This document shows, one piece after another, positions 34,117 through 38,298 of a stretch of 38,298 bases of DNA (the first letter of the stretch is position 1; the number at the start of each line of letters is the position of its first letter). Under the pieces are notes generated by a model, which had not been told where the DNA came from, searched no databases, and worked only from the letters and a program-made list of their open reading frames with translations. The DNA is from Collodictyon triciliatum (Eukaryota), in NCBI GenBank assembly GCA_043381765.1, contig JBHJMP010000434.1, positions 1 through 38,298 of the forward strand, given 5' to 3'. Position numbers and translations under genes: made by a program.

Positions 34117-37100
34117 TCACGGGAGAAAGAATCGAGAGCGCTGACGGCCATTGATGGAGACTTTTGTTGGCTGTGTTCTATGCTGGTTGCTTTTTGATGA
34201 AGATATAGTTGCAATGTTTTCGGGCAAATCTTGAATCTGACTGGACTTGCTGGACCTGCTGGACCGCCGGTAATCCGCGCTACTGCTAGGATTAATGTAT
34301 TGGTAAGTGGGTTAAATCACATGAAACAAACACCAATCAGCATAACCATTTTTTATACTATATGCTTCTTATCCTCCAGCCTATAAAAGTCACCGTTTTT
34401 TGGGGGGAGACCTACTATATGTTTACCTAGTTTGTGAAAAGGGACTGGGTAAGCGCAGCGGCTTCTCTGAATCCTTGTTTTTTGATGAAGTGTGAATCTC
34501 CGGTGTTGATGGATACCGCGGCTTTGGAAGTGACACTATCAAAGGGACTGCCGGACGAATGAATTGAGCCTGGTGAGAGGGAAATAGAACCTTGCGAGTA
34601 TCACTCTCAGCTGACAAACGTGAAGCTGCCGGACTTGATGTGGCAAATGTCTTTGATGAATGTGGGCTGTGTTGCGCACTCTGACGCGAGTCACCTTCTG
34701 TCGGATTTTTTGCATAAAGTGCTCTTTGATTCTGTGATTGCGTATGCATTTGAGTATTCGAATGGGGGCGCTGGGGAGAGTGTAAGTGAGATGTGTTTGT
34801 GTCATCATTATTTGATTCGACCATTAGGCTCGGGTGACTCGAGTGGAATCTCGGTGAATCGCGAGTTACATGTGAGTAAAAAGAGGCTGATGAAAACGAG
34901 CTTTGTCGAGAATGGCTTATTGGCCGTATCTGATCTTTCAGTAAAAATCCTCTGGTTTGTGCATCGCGACCGACACCTTCATATTCCACTGCTTCGTCGC
35001 TAATTTTTTTCGTTTCGTGGGACGCAGCCTCATCTTGGTGTTCTGAGGAGACAATAAATTTATCCCCATCTAGAACCAGGATTTGTTGGATATTTGAACC
35101 ACTCATTTGAGTGCCTCCTTCGTTAAATGATTCGTCATTTTCACTTCCATCTTCACGTCTATATCCATCTTCACCGTCGAACTCACCAGACTCTCCATCT
35201 ACTTCATCTTCAAACTCTTGCTCATCTTCAAGCCCTTCTTCGTAGTATTCGTCACTGTCATCGCCATATTCTTCTTCAAATTCTTCTGAATTTGATCTCG
35301 TCTGTGGTCGTGACGCGATTCTCAAAAGAGGAACAGAAAGAGGACCGGGAAGTGGAGCAAGGGGACCATCAGCTTCGGGCTCATCTCCAAAAAGTGACCA
35401 TTCTTCGTCGCTCAGGGTAGGCTCTTGATATTTCTTGAGCTGGGCCTCAACTCTCTTTTCAGGGGACTTTGTTTGTGACCGACGTTTGTGGTACCGTAAT
35501 GCAATTCTTTTCCATTTATTGCGCTCCTGCTTCTCTTGGTCTCGTTTCTTTTCAGACGAAGCGAGTTGGAGCCGCAAGCTCTATGTTGATAAAAGTTGAA
35601 GAATTTAAATAAATGATGAGAGGTTACATTCAGGTACCAGGCCATTATGTAACCTTGAATAGTCATAGCGGGATAAGCATTACAATTTACATAAAATGTT
35701 GTTGAGATACATGAGTTAAATGCTATTACTTCCTTCTTTTTCTCTTTTCTTTCTTTTTTATTTATAAATTGAAAAAAAATTACTTACTTTTGCTTGCTGT
35801 TCTAATTGTTGATATAGCACATTTAATTCGGATAGCCCACGGTCTCTCATCTCCCTCTCAATTAACTGTACTCTATCCAAAACATATTAGCATGCTTACA
35901 AGAAGTAGGATGAATCTTTATTTTCGAATGCTGATAGGAAAATAAAATGGTCTTCCTTACAAAAAATAAAGTGGACAAAATGAATATCAACCCAATATGA
36001 GGTAAAGTGTTTACAATAAAAATGTCGTATATCATGAAAAGATATCATTTTTATGATCATATTACCGTCGTTGCTTTGCAGCTGTCGAGTATGTATTTAG
36101 TTCGTTTACAACAAGGTCTCTGTCGATTTTCTTGAAATGATATTCATTAGAGAGGCCTTCGAAGGAGGCATGGGCAAGGCGAAAAGAGAAGAAAAAACTC
36201 ACTTATGAATTTGTAAAATAAAATGCGTAGTGGAAAAATGAGAGAATTTTACTAATTTGTTGGATTCCAACTGCAGATTCCGCTGTTTCACTAATAGTGT
36301 TTTGATTTGGCGTTCTTGTTCAATCAGTCGTTGCTTGAGAATGTGATTTTCTGTGACTGCTGTGCTGACTTCATCTTCTACATCCTGGAGAACTTTGCTT
36401 TTGATTTCGTGCTTCGCTTGCCCGAGTGTCTTTCGGAAGACCTTACCATCCAAAAAAAAATAATTTGATTTTGCACATTATCTTCAAAATGACCTCTTTA
36501 AAGTGAACCAAACTATGAAAAAATTTCAATGAAGAGATTTTGTTAAAGACAAAGTCAGTAAACCATATATATTAACATATTTCAGTCAATGAACAACAAA
36601 GCCCCAACTAAAAAGAAAACTATCGTAATTACCCTGGATAATTCAATTTGTTCCTGAAGATTTTTGTTCATCACTTGGCTGAGATGGACTCTGTGCTTTT
36701 CCAAAATATCAATTCGCTGATTCTTCAAACTGAATAGCTTATCTGATAATTGGTTTGCTTCTTCGTCAGCTTTTTTCTGTTACAATAGAATGATTTAGAC
36801 GATTGTTAATCTTGGAAGTATTGGAGAAAAAAAGTAAGATTAGTTCATTTGTGAATCACTTGGTAATAATCGATTTCGTCATGAAGAAGCTCGCTCTCGA
36901 GTTTTAAGTTTCGTATCTATATAAAAAAAAACCCACGAATAATCTGTTAGAATAGTTAATAGCGTTATATGAAAAAAAAAGTAGAAATAAAAGCGCCAAC
37001 AGAATGTGCTTCATCATCACCATCGAATTGCGTCATTATTTTAAAAAAAATTATCAAATAGGAGCGAAAAACGATAGTAATCACAAAATGAGAGAAATAT

Positions 37101-37606
37101 AGCAATCTTGATTTAAGAGACTATATCGTACCTTATTGGCCTGCTCAGCTTTCCTAAGCAGAGACTTGAAGTCGGTTGTATTTGTCAGACGCTCTTGTCC
37201 ATCGAAGGAGCGGATGTTCTCTTCCAAGAGCCTACCAATAAGCATGTCTTGTCTCCTCAGTTGGCTGCGTATGCGCTCCTCCTCAGTCTGATTTGTAACC
37301 GATTATGTGTTTCAGGTTGCGAAATATGAGTACTAACAACATCAAACAATATAGTTTGACTTTTTCGTAATGTTTATATAAAGACGTATATATATAATTA
37401 AATAAATAAATAAATATGTGGGAACAATGAGAAGAATCGGAAGAAAATTACAAACAGGAAAATACATCAGCGAGTCTTTACCAATAGCCGAGCTTTTTCT
37501 TGTTTGTGACTATTATTATATTTCTTCAAGAAAATAAAAATAAAAAAATAACCTTTCCCGAGGCCAAAACAAGTTTGTCGCCCAGGCTGCTCATTCTTGC
37601 CTGCAT
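34117..37606 (-). CDS. Uncharacterised protein: N-terminal coiled coil, acidic tract, Ser-rich disordered tail; 5' end uncertain (may extend to about 38170)
   Basis: Heptad-rich exons at ~37132-37287 (TEEERIRSQLRRQDMLIGRLLEEN), ~36633-36776, ~36253-36442 and ~35788-35870. A large exon at ~34427-35579 is followed by a terminal exon at 34117-34285, which is in phase and ends in TGA. Confidence 0.7.
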
Positions 37607-38204
37607 TCCTCTGTGCTGCTCGATCGTTCTTTTGCTCCTGACTATCTGTCATTTTTGAGTAGAAGTGAGGATGTCTCTGCAGACTCACAAACTGTGAAGC
37701 TTCTTCCAGTCCAACCGGCCTGTGCTGCGCTTAACAAAAGGATGCTTGCTTGCTGACCAGCCCTCCAGGCGATCGACAAAGGCCTTGTCCTATATATTCC
37801 ACATTTATGAAATTATATGCGGAAATTATAAAAATTACTTAAATTGACAATCATGTTAGCTAAAAACAAGTAAACCCGAATGTAAGATTTTCGGTTATGA
37901 TTTTCATAAAATATGTAGGAAAAGAAGCTGGGTATATTCTTTGACTGCCAGTTAGGGACGTATATTACAGAAAAACACATGGTCACGAGAACTTACAAAG
38001 TATACATCCCAGTAAGGAAGGTTTGAACCTGCCAACGAACGGCAAACGCGCAGCAGAGCACCGCGTCCTCGTTTTTCCTCGGCCTTGCGCCTTGATTCTC
38101 GAGTCTCGTCTCACAAACCAGCGCCCAGACGCATGAGAACTGCGCTTTGCGGCCGTCGTGAAATGGTCCATGGCAAAAAGCAAATCTTCGCAGAGTGTGA
38201 TTCT

Positions 38205-38209
<5 letters not shown>

Positions 38210-38298
<89 letters not shown>
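38210..38298. repeat. (AG)n microsatellite running off the window end
   Basis: Seen directly. Confidence 0.97.

Overview
Gene-dense, AT-rich eukaryotic (protist-like) genomic DNA with many short spliceosomal introns, long microsatellites and two assembly gaps (4094-4759, 18837-18936). Manual splicing gives the following order. (1) A decayed L1/Tx1-type LINE 3' fragment. (2) XPC/RAD4 (-). (3) DPH5 (-). (4) A C2-domain AGC kinase of the Ypk1/Gad8/SGK/Akt group with an N-terminal hydrophobic anchor (+). (5) A possible small membrane protein (-). (6) A NEK kinase (-). (7) A three-exon SMIM8-like gene that the ORF track misses (-). (8) A RING/coiled-coil/UBR-like zinc-finger E3 (+). (9) A head-to-head pair of paralogous LRR-kinase-SAM genes. 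(10) A coiled-coil/NHL-repeat protein (+). (11) A coiled-coil/acidic protein (-). Two observations stand out. The first is the divergent LRR-kinase-SAM pair: the copies share intron positions but differ by exactly three LRR units, an N-myristoylation-type start and a large GC shift, which resembles a paired receptor system. The second is a retroelement 3' end (...GAATAAAGG-polyA) found three times, twice as 12-26 nt insertions flanked by perfect 17-bp target-site duplications; one of these duplicates a splice donor. Gene models were built by eye, and family calls rest on remembered motifs, not database searches.
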